The notes beneath the pieces were generated by a model, which made no database searches, had not been told where the DNA came from, and was given only the letters and a program-made list of their open reading frames with translations. A stretch of 60,674 nucleotides of DNA from a virus, in the IMG/VR virus record IMGVR_UViG_3300003792_000001; one strand, given 5' to 3'. The stretch's first letter is position 1, and each line of letters opens with the position of its first letter. Positions 25,988 through 34,015 of the stretch are shown here, piece after piece. The translations under genes were made by a program, and so were the position numbers.

Positions 25988-27006
25988 GCATCCTTTTCGC
26001 GACATCATCCATCGCCGATTTCGACACAATCGTTGGCTGCGTCGCACAGACGTCGTCGACCTATTTCGATAACACGTATGCCACGGAAGCCATTGAGGTC
26101 AACGAGTCGGGCTCATCCAACCTCGCGGTAAAGACGCTGCCGTCGGCGGATACTGATCTCTGGCTAGCGGCCCGCTATTTTTGGTCCTCAGCCCTTGCCT
26201 CATTGAATGGTTCGTGGATCGCCTTTTACGATACCGCCTTCGGCGCGACAGCAATCGCGCGGATTCGCTCCACATTCTCCAGCCCGAACTACATTCACAA
26301 CTTGGAAATCTACAACGGCGCGACCTATGACACCGTGCTGACGTTTAACAATTTAATCGTCGCTGAAAATACCCGACGCCACCTCGCGGTGCATTTGAAG
26401 CTCCACGACACCACCGGCAAATTCGAGGTCTATTTCGACAAGGCGCTGATAGCGTCCTTTACCGGCGATACGATCCGGGCGGGATATACGCAGGTCAACA
26501 AATTCCATCTCGGCAATCCGGCTGGATCAGTCGGCGGTAGCGAGATGGAATGGAGCGAGGTCATCGTTGCGGGCGGTGGCGAGGTTCCCATCGATTATCG
26601 CCTCAAGACCCACACGCCGAACGCCAACGGTGCCAACACCGCATGGACCGGCGACTATACGGCAATCGACGAGACCGGCATCAATGACGCCGACCTGATC
26701 ACCACCGCCGTCGCCAACGACAAGGAAACATACGGCTGCACCGACCTTGTATCCGGCACAACGGATCGCGCGTGCCGGGCTGTGGTGGTCGCCAGCAGGT
26801 GCAAGCTCGGAGCGACCGGGCCGCAAAATCTCAAAAACGCGGTACGGGTCGGCGGCACCGACTACCTGTCCAGCAACGTGGCCGGGCTGACCTCCGCGCA
26901 ATTCGTGCCGACGCAGACGATATGGGAAACGAGCCCCGCAACGAGCGCCAAATGGACAGCAGCGGAAATCAACGCCATGGAAATCGGCGTTCAAGCCATC
27001 GCCTAA
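25984..27006 (+). CDS. Putative receptor-binding/fibre-associated protein, paralog 1
   Basis: ATGA-coupled start at 25984. Shares blocks with 27020..28066 (H..LH.KLH..TG..E.Y.D..L.A.F.G.T; ...GTDY.SS.V...W.T.PAT...W). The 25225-25983 part of the tracked ORF is rejected. Confidence 0.65.
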   Translation: MSILFATSSIADFDTIVGCVAQTSSTYFDNTYATEAIEVNESGSSNLAVKTLPSADTDLWLAARYFWSSALASLNGSWIAFYDTAFGATAIARIRSTFSSPNYIHNLEIYNGATYDTVLTFNNLIVAENTRRHLAVHLKLHDTTGKFEVYFDKALIASFTGDTIRAGYTQVNKFHLGNPAGSVGGSEMEWSEVIVAGGGEVPIDYRLKTHTPNANGANTAWTGDYTAIDETGINDADLITTAVANDKETYGCTDLVSGTTDRACRAVVVASRCKLGATGPQNLKNAVRVGGTDYLSSNVAGLTSAQFVPTQTIWETSPATSAKWTAAEINAMEIGVQAIA

Positions 27007-27019
27007 GAGGGAGTGAATC

Positions 27020-28066
27020 GTGACGATCTATTTTGCAGGTTCCGCGCCGTGCGATTTCAAAAGCATGGGTTTGGCCTTCTCGACGATAGCCGCCGAAATC
27101 GATACCAACTTCGTCCAGGCCGGAGTATCGGTCGACTCTGCGAGTGAAGCGTTCGCTGATCTGAGCACGAGCGGCGTGACCGATGCGTGGTTTCATATCA
27201 GGACGTTCATCAACGCGCTCAATACAGAAAAGTCATTCATCAGAGTGATGACGCTCGCGCAAAGGATGACATCGACAGCCCTAGTGCGGATTCGTTGTTC
27301 GACAGCCGCCAGCGGCTCGTCCAGCTTGTCCGGCACGGCGGCGCTGCAACTTGAATTTCTCGACGCCACCGGGGCGGCCTATACGGCGGTGGATTCCCCG
27401 TTCAACGTGGTGATCGATGTGGTCCACACATTCGATCTGCATGTGAAACTCCACGGATCGACCGGCGTGATCGAGCTTTATATGGACGGCGTGCTCGTCG
27501 CGGATTTCAGCGGCAATACCGCGCCCAGCGCGGCGGCGGCTGATGGGATGTCCATTCTCGCATTGAGGCAAAGTTTTTCTCTCGGCACTGGAAGCCAAAC
27601 CTACACTATCGGCTATTCCGAGGTGATCGTCGCCAACGAAAATACCTTGGATTGGCGGCTGGCCGAATTGATCCCCACCGGCGCGGGCGCAAACAGCGGA
27701 TGGGCTGGGGCTTATACCGATGTCGACGACGTGACCCTGCCGAGCACCGGCGATCTCGACATGATCACCGCCGCCGCCAACGATCTGAAATCGACCTATG
27801 TCATGGGCGACATCAGCGGATCAATCAGCGGAATGGCCATCGTCGCCGTGGGAGTCGTCGCCCGCGCGCGCAAAGGCACGACCGGGCCGCAGCATATGCG
27901 CGGCGTGGTGCGGATTTCCGGCACCGACTATGAAACATCCGACGTCAGCCCGGACATCGCGCTCGCGCCGACGCGGATGATATGGGACACCAATCCGGCC
28001 ACGTCCGGGGCCTGGTCAATCAGCGCCGTCAACGGTGCCGAGTTTGGCATGAAAGCGACGGCGTAA
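27020..28066 (+). CDS. Putative receptor-binding/fibre-associated protein, paralog 2
   Basis: GTG start with SD AAGAGGGAG upstream. Paralogous to the upstream gene. Confidence 0.65.
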   Translation: MTIYFAGSAPCDFKSMGLAFSTIAAEIDTNFVQAGVSVDSASEAFADLSTSGVTDAWFHIRTFINALNTEKSFIRVMTLAQRMTSTALVRIRCSTAASGSSSLSGTAALQLEFLDATGAAYTAVDSPFNVVIDVVHTFDLHVKLHGSTGVIELYMDGVLVADFSGNTAPSAAAADGMSILALRQSFSLGTGSQTYTIGYSEVIVANENTLDWRLAELIPTGAGANSGWAGAYTDVDDVTLPSTGDLDMITAAANDLKSTYVMGDISGSISGMAIVAVGVVARARKGTTGPQHMRGVVRISGTDYETSDVSPDIALAPTRMIWDTNPATSGAWSISAVNGAEFGMKATA

Positions 28067-28067
28067 C

Positions 28068-28322
28068 ATGGTCGATGTCTCCAAGGTCTACGGCTACACC
28101 GTCTATGGCCCGCCGCAAGACGAAATCGCCATCGACAGGGTTCGGGGCTATTCCGTCTCAGGCCAACCGGACGACGCCGAAACAATAACGCAGATGCGCG
28201 CCTTTGCCGTGATGAGCCCCGGCAGCGACCGGCTCGCCGCGTCACAAATGCGGGTCTTTGTCGTCCTGAAACCGGCGGTCAGCGAAAACAAGCGGCGCGT
28301 CCAGAACGTCAACTTTTTCTAA
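28068..28322 (+). CDS. Hypothetical protein (84 aa)
   Basis: Last ORF of the tail module. Confidence 0.5.
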   Translation: MVDVSKVYGYTVYGPPQDEIAIDRVRGYSVSGQPDDAETITQMRAFAVMSPGSDRLAASQMRVFVVLKPAVSENKRRVQNVNFF

Positions 28323-28343
28323 TCCAGATCAGGAGCGCCAGTC

Positions 28344-29210
28344 ATGGTGGCCAGCAGCTTTAAGGCGGCACTCGCTCGCGTGCTCGTCCATGAGGGCGGG
28401 TATGTCAATCACCCGCGCGATCCCGGCGGCGCGACCAATCAGGGGATTACGCAACGAACCTATGACGCCTATCGGCGCGGCAAGAAACTGCGCACCCGGA
28501 ATGTCCGCTCATTGGTGCCGCCGGAGCGCGACGATATCTACCGCCACCAATATTGGGACGCGATCCGGGGCGACAAGCTGCCGGAGGGGCTTGATTACGT
28601 GTTGTTCGACGGCTGCGTCCATTCCGGCCCGAAGCAATCGATCAAGTGGTTACAGCGCGCGCTCGGCGCGGCCTATCGCGGCGAGATTGACGGGGTGATC
28701 GGCCTTGGCACCTTGGCCGCCATCGATGAGACCGAAAATCTTGACGCGCTGATCGACCGGATTTGCGACCGGCGCATGATCTATCTCCGCGCGCTGGATA
28801 CTTGGCGGGATTTTGGGCGCGGCTGGACCGCGCGCGTCGCTGGCGTCCGGTCGGTCGGCCAGGCGATGGCCGATAACAAGAAGGATGCCGAGGAGGTCGT
28901 CGTTTTTGCGGCGGCGGGTTCCGGGGAAAAGGCGCTTATCGAGGATGCGCGCAAATCGCCGTCCAAGGCACCCGCCGACGCGGCCACCGGCGGCGGCATC
29001 GGCGCGGGCGGTATCTCGGCGACGCTACAGGGCTTGCAGGATCAGCTCACGCCCTACAGTTCGGCGGGCGCGTGGATCGGCAATCTCGTCGTCGGGCTCG
29101 CGGTGCTAGGCGCGGCGCTCGCAATCGGCGGCATCGGCTACCGCTGGTATGCTAATCGCCAGCAAAAGCGAATCGCCGACGCGCTCGATGTGGCGGCGGC
29201 GCCGGTATGA
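28344..29210 (+). CDS. Endolysin: GH108 domain, PG_binding_3 domain and a C-terminal TM helix
   Basis: VLVHEGGYVNHPRDPGGATNQGITQRTY (GH108), RRMIYLRALDTWRDFGRGWTARV (PG_binding_3), and the C-terminal hydrophobic stretch WIGNLVVGLAVLGAALAIGGIGY. Confidence 0.85.
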   Translation: MVASSFKAALARVLVHEGGYVNHPRDPGGATNQGITQRTYDAYRRGKKLRTRNVRSLVPPERDDIYRHQYWDAIRGDKLPEGLDYVLFDGCVHSGPKQSIKWLQRALGAAYRGEIDGVIGLGTLAAIDETENLDALIDRICDRRMIYLRALDTWRDFGRGWTARVAGVRSVGQAMADNKKDAEEVVVFAAAGSGEKALIEDARKSPSKAPADAATGGGIGAGGISATLQGLQDQLTPYSSAGAWIGNLVVGLAVLGAALAIGGIGYRWYANRQQKRIADALDVAAAPV

Positions 29211-29491
29211 TCGCCTTCCTTACCGGGCCGCTCGGCAAGGCGCTGGCGGTGGCGCTGATCGCCGTCGCGCTATTCGGCGGCGGCTATTGGAAGGGCCGGG
29301 CGGATAGCCGGGCCGATCAACTCAAGGACACCATAGCCGCGATTGAAAAGCGGGAGAAAATCGATGATCGGGTCAAAGGCTTGGATGGCGTTGCTCTTTG
29401 CAACGAGCTTCTTGGCGGCGGGGTGCACGACGAATGCACTCAATTGCGCGGGGTGGAAGAAGATCGCCGTGGAGCCGGGCGCGGCCATTAA
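29207..29491 (+). CDS. i-spanin-like protein (Rz-like)
   Basis: N-terminal TM helix followed by a charged helical region. ATGA-coupled to the endolysin. Contains an overlapping lipoprotein ORF. Confidence 0.6.
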   Translation: MIAFLTGPLGKALAVALIAVALFGGGYWKGRADSRADQLKDTIAAIEKREKIDDRVKGLDGVALCNELLGGGVHDECTQLRGVEEDRRGAGRGH

Positions 29492-29579
29492 GCTCGCCAG
29501 CGACCCGGTGTTGATCCCCATCGGCCAAGGCGTAGCTGGGCACAATGCATTCGGGCGGGCACGGAAATGCTGGAAATGA
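29343..29579 (+). CDS. o-spanin-like lipoprotein (Rz1-like), overlapping the i-spanin gene in another frame
   Basis: Lipobox FLAAGC follows the hydrophobic signal WMALLFATS. The true start is probably an internal Met (29364 or later). Confidence 0.6.
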   Translation: MKSGRKSMIGSKAWMALLFATSFLAAGCTTNALNCAGWKKIAVEPGAAIKLASDPVLIPIGQGVAGHNAFGRARKCWK

Positions 29580-30040
29580 TGCGCGCAATCCTCTCCCATC
29601 TATGGTTCGGCTTTGCGCAAGCGGCGGGCGTGATCCTGATCGCCGGGGTAATCTCGTTCGGTGTCCTGCATATGTTTTCGGTCGATGGGCCGGTGGTCGA
29701 GGTAATCGAGGGGCCGAGCAATATATCCACATCGGTGCCTTATGGCGGCGTCCTGACCTATCGGATATCGACGAGGCGCAATGCATCCTGTCCCGGCACG
29801 GTGATCGCCAGCTTTTCCTTTCAGGGCGGCGGCCCGCCGGTGACGGTTTTGCTCAGCCGCCCAATCATGTCGACCGAAATCAAGCAAACCGACGATGCCA
29901 CGGTTTATTTCCAATTGCCCGAAAGCGTCTATCCGGGCCGGTGGCTCTATCGGTCGGTGGTCGATAGCGTGTGCCCGACGCGATCCCAGCAAGACGTGAC
30001 GGCGCAATTCCCATTTGAGGTGACCCGTCATGTGGACTGA
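29567..30040 (+). CDS. Membrane-anchored protein of unknown function
   Basis: One N-terminal TM helix (FAQAAGVILIAGVISFGVL) followed by a Cys-containing, beta-rich domain. Confidence 0.55.
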   Translation: MLEMMRAILSHLWFGFAQAAGVILIAGVISFGVLHMFSVDGPVVEVIEGPSNISTSVPYGGVLTYRISTRRNASCPGTVIASFSFQGGGPPVTVLLSRPIMSTEIKQTDDATVYFQLPESVYPGRWLYRSVVDSVCPTRSQQDVTAQFPFEVTRHVD

Positions 30041-30410
30041 TATCCTGAATTTCTTTGGCGCCGAGCGCTATTCGCAACATTCGATCTGCCTGACCAATGA
30101 TCCGGTCATGATCTTCCTTTATGTGCTGTCCGATCTTTCGACGTTCGCCTCCTATTTCGCCATCGGCCTCGCCCTAATTCTCGTCGGGCAAGTGCCGCCG
30201 CAAAGGGTAAGGCCGACGATGCGACTGCTATTCGGCGCTTTCATTTTCCTATGCGGCCTGTCGCACCTGACATCGGTCGTCACGCTATTCGCAGGCGTCT
30301 ATCGGCTGGACATTCTTGTGCGCGCCGCCATGGCCGCCGTCTCGGTCGTGACCGCAATCGCGGTCATTGCCGATTACATAGCCGGGCGCCGGGAGCGGAG
30401 GGCTTCGTGA
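30030..30410 (+). CDS. Stand-alone ethylene-binding-domain (ETR1 N-terminal)-like membrane protein
   Basis: Three TM segments carry LSDLSTFASYFAIGLAL, FGAFIFLCGLSHL and AAMAAVSVVTAIAV. These parallel ETR1 ISDFFIAIAYFSIPLEL, FGAFIVLCGATHL and AKVLTAVVSCATAL, including the Cu-ligand Cys/His positions. Confidence 0.55.
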   Translation: MWTDILNFFGAERYSQHSICLTNDPVMIFLYVLSDLSTFASYFAIGLALILVGQVPPQRVRPTMRLLFGAFIFLCGLSHLTSVVTLFAGVYRLDILVRAAMAAVSVVTAIAVIADYIAGRRERRAS

Positions 30411-30411
30411 T

Positions 30412-30603
30412 ATGGACGTGGAGGCTTATGTGACCGTACTCGCCACGGTCGCCGTGGCCATTGGGTGCGGCATGGTCACATATAGAATATCGATTCGGCA
30501 GGCGAAGAAGGAAATCGCCGAGGCTTTCGAAGCGCATATCCAGCAGATGCATGTCGACCATAAGGAATTCGTCCAGGCGGTGAAATCGGAAAGCAAGGAA
30601 TGA
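30412..30603 (+). CDS. Small single-TM protein (holin-like candidate)
   Basis: 63 aa. TM VTVLATVAVAIGCGMV followed by a charged C-terminus. Confidence 0.5.
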   Translation: MDVEAYVTVLATVAVAIGCGMVTYRISIRQAKKEIAEAFEAHIQQMHVDHKEFVQAVKSESKE

Positions 30604-30606
30604 ATT

Positions 30607-30933
30607 GTGGACCTCGCGCCCTTGCTCACCTTTGGCGGGGCCGTCTTGACGGCGATCTTCACCGTTATCGGCACCATCTATGTCGCCCGGTCAAAGACGC
30701 GCGCCGACATTGGCGCATCGATTACGACGGGTTTCCGCGAGCTGACCGATCAGCTCCAAGAGGAGCGCAATCAGCTAAGCGAGATCATCAAACGGCAGCG
30801 CGACGAACTGAAAGAGGCCGAAAGGGATAAGATGAAGCAAGAGGCGCTCATCCGCCGGATGCGCCGCCAGATTTCGCTGTTGGAGGAAAAGCTGGCAAAG
30901 GCCGGTATCCACATCCCACCGATGAATTTCTAG
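30607..30933 (+). CDS. Single-TM coiled-coil protein
   Basis: GTG start. TM LLTFGGAVLTAIFTVIGTIYV followed by a coiled coil (LQEERNQLSEIIKRQRDELKEAERDKMKQEALIRRMRRQISLLEEKL). Confidence 0.55.
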   Translation: MDLAPLLTFGGAVLTAIFTVIGTIYVARSKTRADIGASITTGFRELTDQLQEERNQLSEIIKRQRDELKEAERDKMKQEALIRRMRRQISLLEEKLAKAGIHIPPMNF

Positions 30934-30974
30934 CCCCGCGCGGGCTCTTTTCTCCTGTTCGCCCGCGCATACTC

Positions 30975-31010
30975 GCCCCGCCTTGGCTTCGGCCTCGGCG
31001 GGGCTTTTTT
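30975..31010 (+). terminator. Rho-independent terminator ending the late/lysis operon
   Basis: Stem gccccgcc (30975-30982) pairs with ggcggggc (30997-31004) and is followed by tttttt (31005-31010). Confidence 0.75.
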
Positions 31011-31121
31011 GCGTTTCGGCCATAGCGGGCCGCTGACGCGCGTTTGCCGGGCGCGGGCATCATTGGGCGCCCATGGGCTGTGCGCGCGCTGACGGCGGCG
31101 ACATGGGGCCAATACGCCGGA

Positions 31122-31493
31122 TTAATCTTTGATTTTCTTTGACGCCTTCACTTGGGCGCGGCGGATAGCATCCGCCTCGTCGCGGCTCTGTTGTCGCGTC
31201 TTTGCTCTTGCGTCCTCCGATGGCCCCAAATTCTCCACCACCGTCGAGTTTCGCGCCCTTTCCAAAAGCACCTCGATATCTGTTTTTTTAGCGGCCTCAT
31301 CGAGGTCTTGGAAATATCCCTCGATCTCCCAGCGATCCCATATCACCCGACTGCCTACCCGCTTCGGCTTTGGCATTCGGCCCTCAGCCACAAGTTTGTC
31401 GAATGTCGATGCGCTGACGCCGATGTAGCGGGCGGCGGTTTCCCGCGACATGCCGCGCGGAGGGTATGAATATCTATCTTCCTTGTTGGGCAT
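31122..31493 (-). CDS. xis: Excisionase/AlpA-family HTH protein
   Basis: MSRETAARYIGVSASTFDKLVAEGRMPKPKRVGSRVIWDRWEI is the HTH_17/AlpA pattern. Adjacent to attP and the integrase. An alternative TTG start lies at 31508. Confidence 0.7.
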   Translation of the reverse strand: MPNKEDRYSYPPRGMSRETAARYIGVSASTFDKLVAEGRMPKPKRVGSRVIWDRWEIEGYFQDLDEAAKKTDIEVLLERARNSTVVENLGPSEDARAKTRQQSRDEADAIRRAQVKASKKIKD

Positions 31494-31506
31494 ACGACTT
31501 TCGCGC

Positions 31507-31541
31507 AAAAATTAAATGGCGATTAAATAGCTGATTTTCAG
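31507..31541. repeat. attP arm-type repeat, left copy (aaaaattaaatggcgattaaatagctgattttcag)
   Basis: Direct repeat of 31727..31757. Contains an internal tandem ATTAAATrG. Confidence 0.8.
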
Positions 31542-31579
31542 TGAGGAGGAAGAATTCCGAATTCATCAAGGAAATCAAA

Positions 31580-31628
31580 TGGCTGGGGAAAGTGGATTCG
31601 AACCACTACTAACGGAGTCAGAGTCCGT
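31580..31628 (-). other. 3' portion of a tRNA-Gln(CUG) gene, the candidate attP core
   Basis: The minus strand reads acgga-ctCTGac-tccgt-tagt-agtgg-ttcgaat-ccact-ttcccca-g-cca (anticodon arm, T arm, 3' acceptor strand, CCA). The sequence where the 5' acceptor strand should be cannot pair with it. Confidence 0.65.
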
Positions 31629-31726
31629 CTCAAGCCAATTCGTTGAAATTCTTTCACATTGATACGCATTGATTTGATTGAGTTATTCTTGCGTTTGCCT
31701 TCGTTCGAATTCGTTCAACTCTTGCA

Positions 31727-31757
31727 TAAAAATTAAATGGTGATTAAATGGATTTCA
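31727..31757. repeat. attP arm-type repeat, right copy (aaaaattaaatggtgattaaatggatttcag)
   Basis: Near-identical direct repeat of 31507..31541, on the other side of the tRNA-like core. Confidence 0.8.
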
Positions 31758-31802
31758 GCGGAGTTGACTCCGTTGGCCTTGATTTCCAGGAGGGGAACCC
31801 AC

Positions 31803-33017
31803 ATGCCGCGACTGACAGAACCCCGCGTATTGCGCGAAACGCTCCCGCCCAAGGGAAAATTGAAGTGGCTGCGTTGCTCTGAGGTTAAGGGTTTTTGCGC
31901 TTGCATCACCCCGAACGGTGCCCGCACATGGTATGTGCTGGTGCGCGAAAAAACTGGCAAGCAAAAGCCATACAGCCTCGGCCCGGTCGGCGTCTTGCCA
32001 TTCGAGGGCCCGCCGGAAGAACCCGGCGCGCGGGACTTGGCCTTGGCGGCGCTGAACGCCGCCCGGCGCGGCGATGACGTGGCGCTGGCGATCAACCTCA
32101 AAAAGGAGCCCGCCGGGCTCACCCTCAATGAAATCTGGAAGGCGCACAAAGAGGCTGGCTTTCCCAAGGTTCGCGGCACAGGCCGCAAGGGGCCCCGCAC
32201 GATCAAAGCCGACTCGGATCGATGGGCTTTGTATGTGGAGAAGGAATTCGGCAAGAAGCCGGTCTCCGAAATCGATAACGCGGCGGTCCTTCGCTGGCTT
32301 GATAAGATCGCCAAGAAGGGTCAGCGGGCGCAATGCCTGACGCTGGTCAAATCGATGCTTTCCTTTGCGGCAAAGCGCGGGCTGGCGACCGTCCACGAAA
32401 TTTCCGAAAAGCCATCCAAGCCGAATAAGATCAACAATTATTATACCGACGCGCAGCTTGCGGCCATCGATCTTACCGCAACGGAGATGGGCGCCGAGAG
32501 CGAGGATCGGCTTCCATATTTCGCCGCTGTCCGGCTTTTGCTTCACACCGGCGCGCGCTCGGAGGAAATTCGCGCCGCCCGCTGGTCTCAGATCAGGGGC
32601 AACGTGCTGATCCGTGATCACCACAAAGGCGGCGAGGATACGAAGGAAATCCTGCTCACCGACGAGGCTGTGGAAATCATCAAGGGATTGCCCCGCCTGC
32701 GCGGGTGCCCTTGGCTGTTCCCCGCCGAGTCCAAGGCCGGGCACATCATGAATATCGAGTCGGCTTGGGATGATGTGTGCAAGCGGGCAGGGGTGCCGCG
32801 CTACCGTCCGCATGATTTGCGGCATTCCTTCGCGTCGGCTTTCATCAGGGCAGGGGGATCGCTGGCGGCTTTGCAAAAGCTGATGGGCCACGCTGATATC
32901 CAGACGACGATGCGCTACGTGCATGTGGAGCAAGAAACCCAACGCCTCCATTTGAACCGGATGGCCGAGGCAAGGCGCGCGGCGCTAAAGCCAGCGGGAT
33001 CGGAAAAGGCCGCGTGA
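31803..33017 (+). CDS. int: Tyrosine integrase
   Basis: C-terminal HDLRHSFASAFIRAGGSLAALQKLMGHADIQTTMRYVHV (R..H.R..Y catalytic pattern). SD AGGAGG lies upstream of ATG 31803. Confidence 0.9.
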   Translation: MPRLTEPRVLRETLPPKGKLKWLRCSEVKGFCACITPNGARTWYVLVREKTGKQKPYSLGPVGVLPFEGPPEEPGARDLALAALNAARRGDDVALAINLKKEPAGLTLNEIWKAHKEAGFPKVRGTGRKGPRTIKADSDRWALYVEKEFGKKPVSEIDNAAVLRWLDKIAKKGQRAQCLTLVKSMLSFAAKRGLATVHEISEKPSKPNKINNYYTDAQLAAIDLTATEMGAESEDRLPYFAAVRLLLHTGARSEEIRAARWSQIRGNVLIRDHHKGGEDTKEILLTDEAVEIIKGLPRLRGCPWLFPAESKAGHIMNIESAWDDVCKRAGVPRYRPHDLRHSFASAFIRAGGSLAALQKLMGHADIQTTMRYVHVEQETQRLHLNRMAEARRAALKPAGSEKAA

Positions 33018-33027
33018 GCGGCCTCTT

Positions 33028-33255
33028 TCATTTGCTTTTCTGTAGGCGCCGGGCTTCCACTTCCTTGATCGACCAAAGCGGGAAAATCAGCCGCTTGCCG
33101 AACCGGGTGCCTTTCAATCCCCATCCCCGCCAGTTGGTAATGATCGTGTTGGGCTCGCAATGCCAGCGCTCTGCCAACTGTGGCACCTCAAGAAAAATGT
33201 CATCCCCTTCGACCTGATCGCGGCCTGCGGAAATATCGTGGATTTTTGCAATCAT
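33028..33255 (-). CDS. HTH_17/excisionase-family DNA-binding protein
   Basis: LEVPQLAERWHCEPNTIITNWRGWGLKGTRFGKRLIFPLWSIKEVE. Confidence 0.6.
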   Translation of the reverse strand: MIAKIHDISAGRDQVEGDDIFLEVPQLAERWHCEPNTIITNWRGWGLKGTRFGKRLIFPLWSIKEVEARRLQKSK

Positions 33256-33521
33256 TTCGCAGCGGCCTCCATAACCTTTTGCATTCGATCATTGTAGAGT
33301 TTGATATTCGCGACGGTGATTTTGACCACCGGCCAGCCGCCGGGCTGCAATTCATCCACCAGCGTCAGATAGCCTTGTTCGACCATCCGCCGCGCCGCCG
33401 CGAATTTCCCGAAGGCCGGGAGGAAATGGCCGTTCCCCACCTTGCTGTAAGCATCGATGCAATCGACGATCACACTCCATTCATAGGCCGTCAGGCCGAG
33501 CGGGTGGCTATGCTTCGTCAT
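33252..33521 (-). CDS. Hypothetical protein (89 aa)
   Basis: ATGA-type coupled ORF in the minus-strand early operon. Confidence 0.55.
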   Translation of the reverse strand: MTKHSHPLGLTAYEWSVIVDCIDAYSKVGNGHFLPAFGKFAAARRMVEQGYLTLVDELQPGGWPVVKITVANIKLYNDRMQKVMEAAAK

Positions 33522-34015
33522 TGCACATCAGGCGGCGCCGCCGCTGCCTCCTTGCGGGCGTCCTTGCCCTCCGGCCTGTCGGTCGTCTGCGCCGTGCGCC
33601 GATGCATGGCGACGTCATGGCCGCTATCCCCGGCGCAAAGCGGGCAGGAATCGGACCCGTCAAACGACGCGGGCAGCACGCTATCGAAGCCGCACTCCGG
33701 GCACTCGAAATAATCAAAGCCGGGCTGTTCCTGTTGCGGATGTCCAGCCGCGCCGAACAGCTCCTCGTCGGCCACGACGGTCAGCTCAGTAATCATCTGA
33801 TGCTGCATCGCCAAAAGCTGCTCGCGCAGGAAAGGCGGGTGCCCGGCAAGCCACGTAGCCGTCAGATCGGCAAGCACCGCGCCCTGGACCTCCGGCGGAT
33901 GTCCGTGGAGCAGCGGCCCGATCTGATTGTAGAGCTTTGTGGAAAGCTCGGCGCCCTCGTCGGCGGTCATCTCGTGAACGGTCATTTTCGGCTCTGTCAT
34001 TTTCGGCTCCCTCAT
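33518..34015 (-). CDS. Hypothetical protein with a C-terminal zinc ribbon
   Basis: CPECGFDSV...CPLCAG. The N-terminal EPKMTEPKMT comes from a 15-bp tandem duplication (gtcattttcggctc x2 at about 33981-34010). The start is uncertain. Confidence 0.55.
   Translation of the reverse strand: MREPKMTEPKMTVHEMTADEGAELSTKLYNQIGPLLHGHPPEVQGAVLADLTATWLAGHPPFLREQLLAMQHQMITELTVVADEELFGAAGHPQQEQPGFDYFECPECGFDSVLPASFDGSDSCPLCAGDSGHDVAMHRRTAQTTDRPEGKDARKEAAAAPPDVQ

Noticed and set aside
25984-28066. Diversity-generating retroelement acting on the fibre paralogs
   Set aside because: No reverse transcriptase gene is recognisable anywhere in the window, and there is no template/variable repeat pair with adenine-specific differences.
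31580-31657. Possible intact tRNA-Gln gene
   Set aside because: The anticodon arm, T arm and 3' acceptor strand are convincing. However, the would-be 5' acceptor strand (gaaagaa) pairs at only 3 of 7 positions, and the D-loop lacks the usual A14. I treat it as an attP tRNA fragment, not a functional gene.
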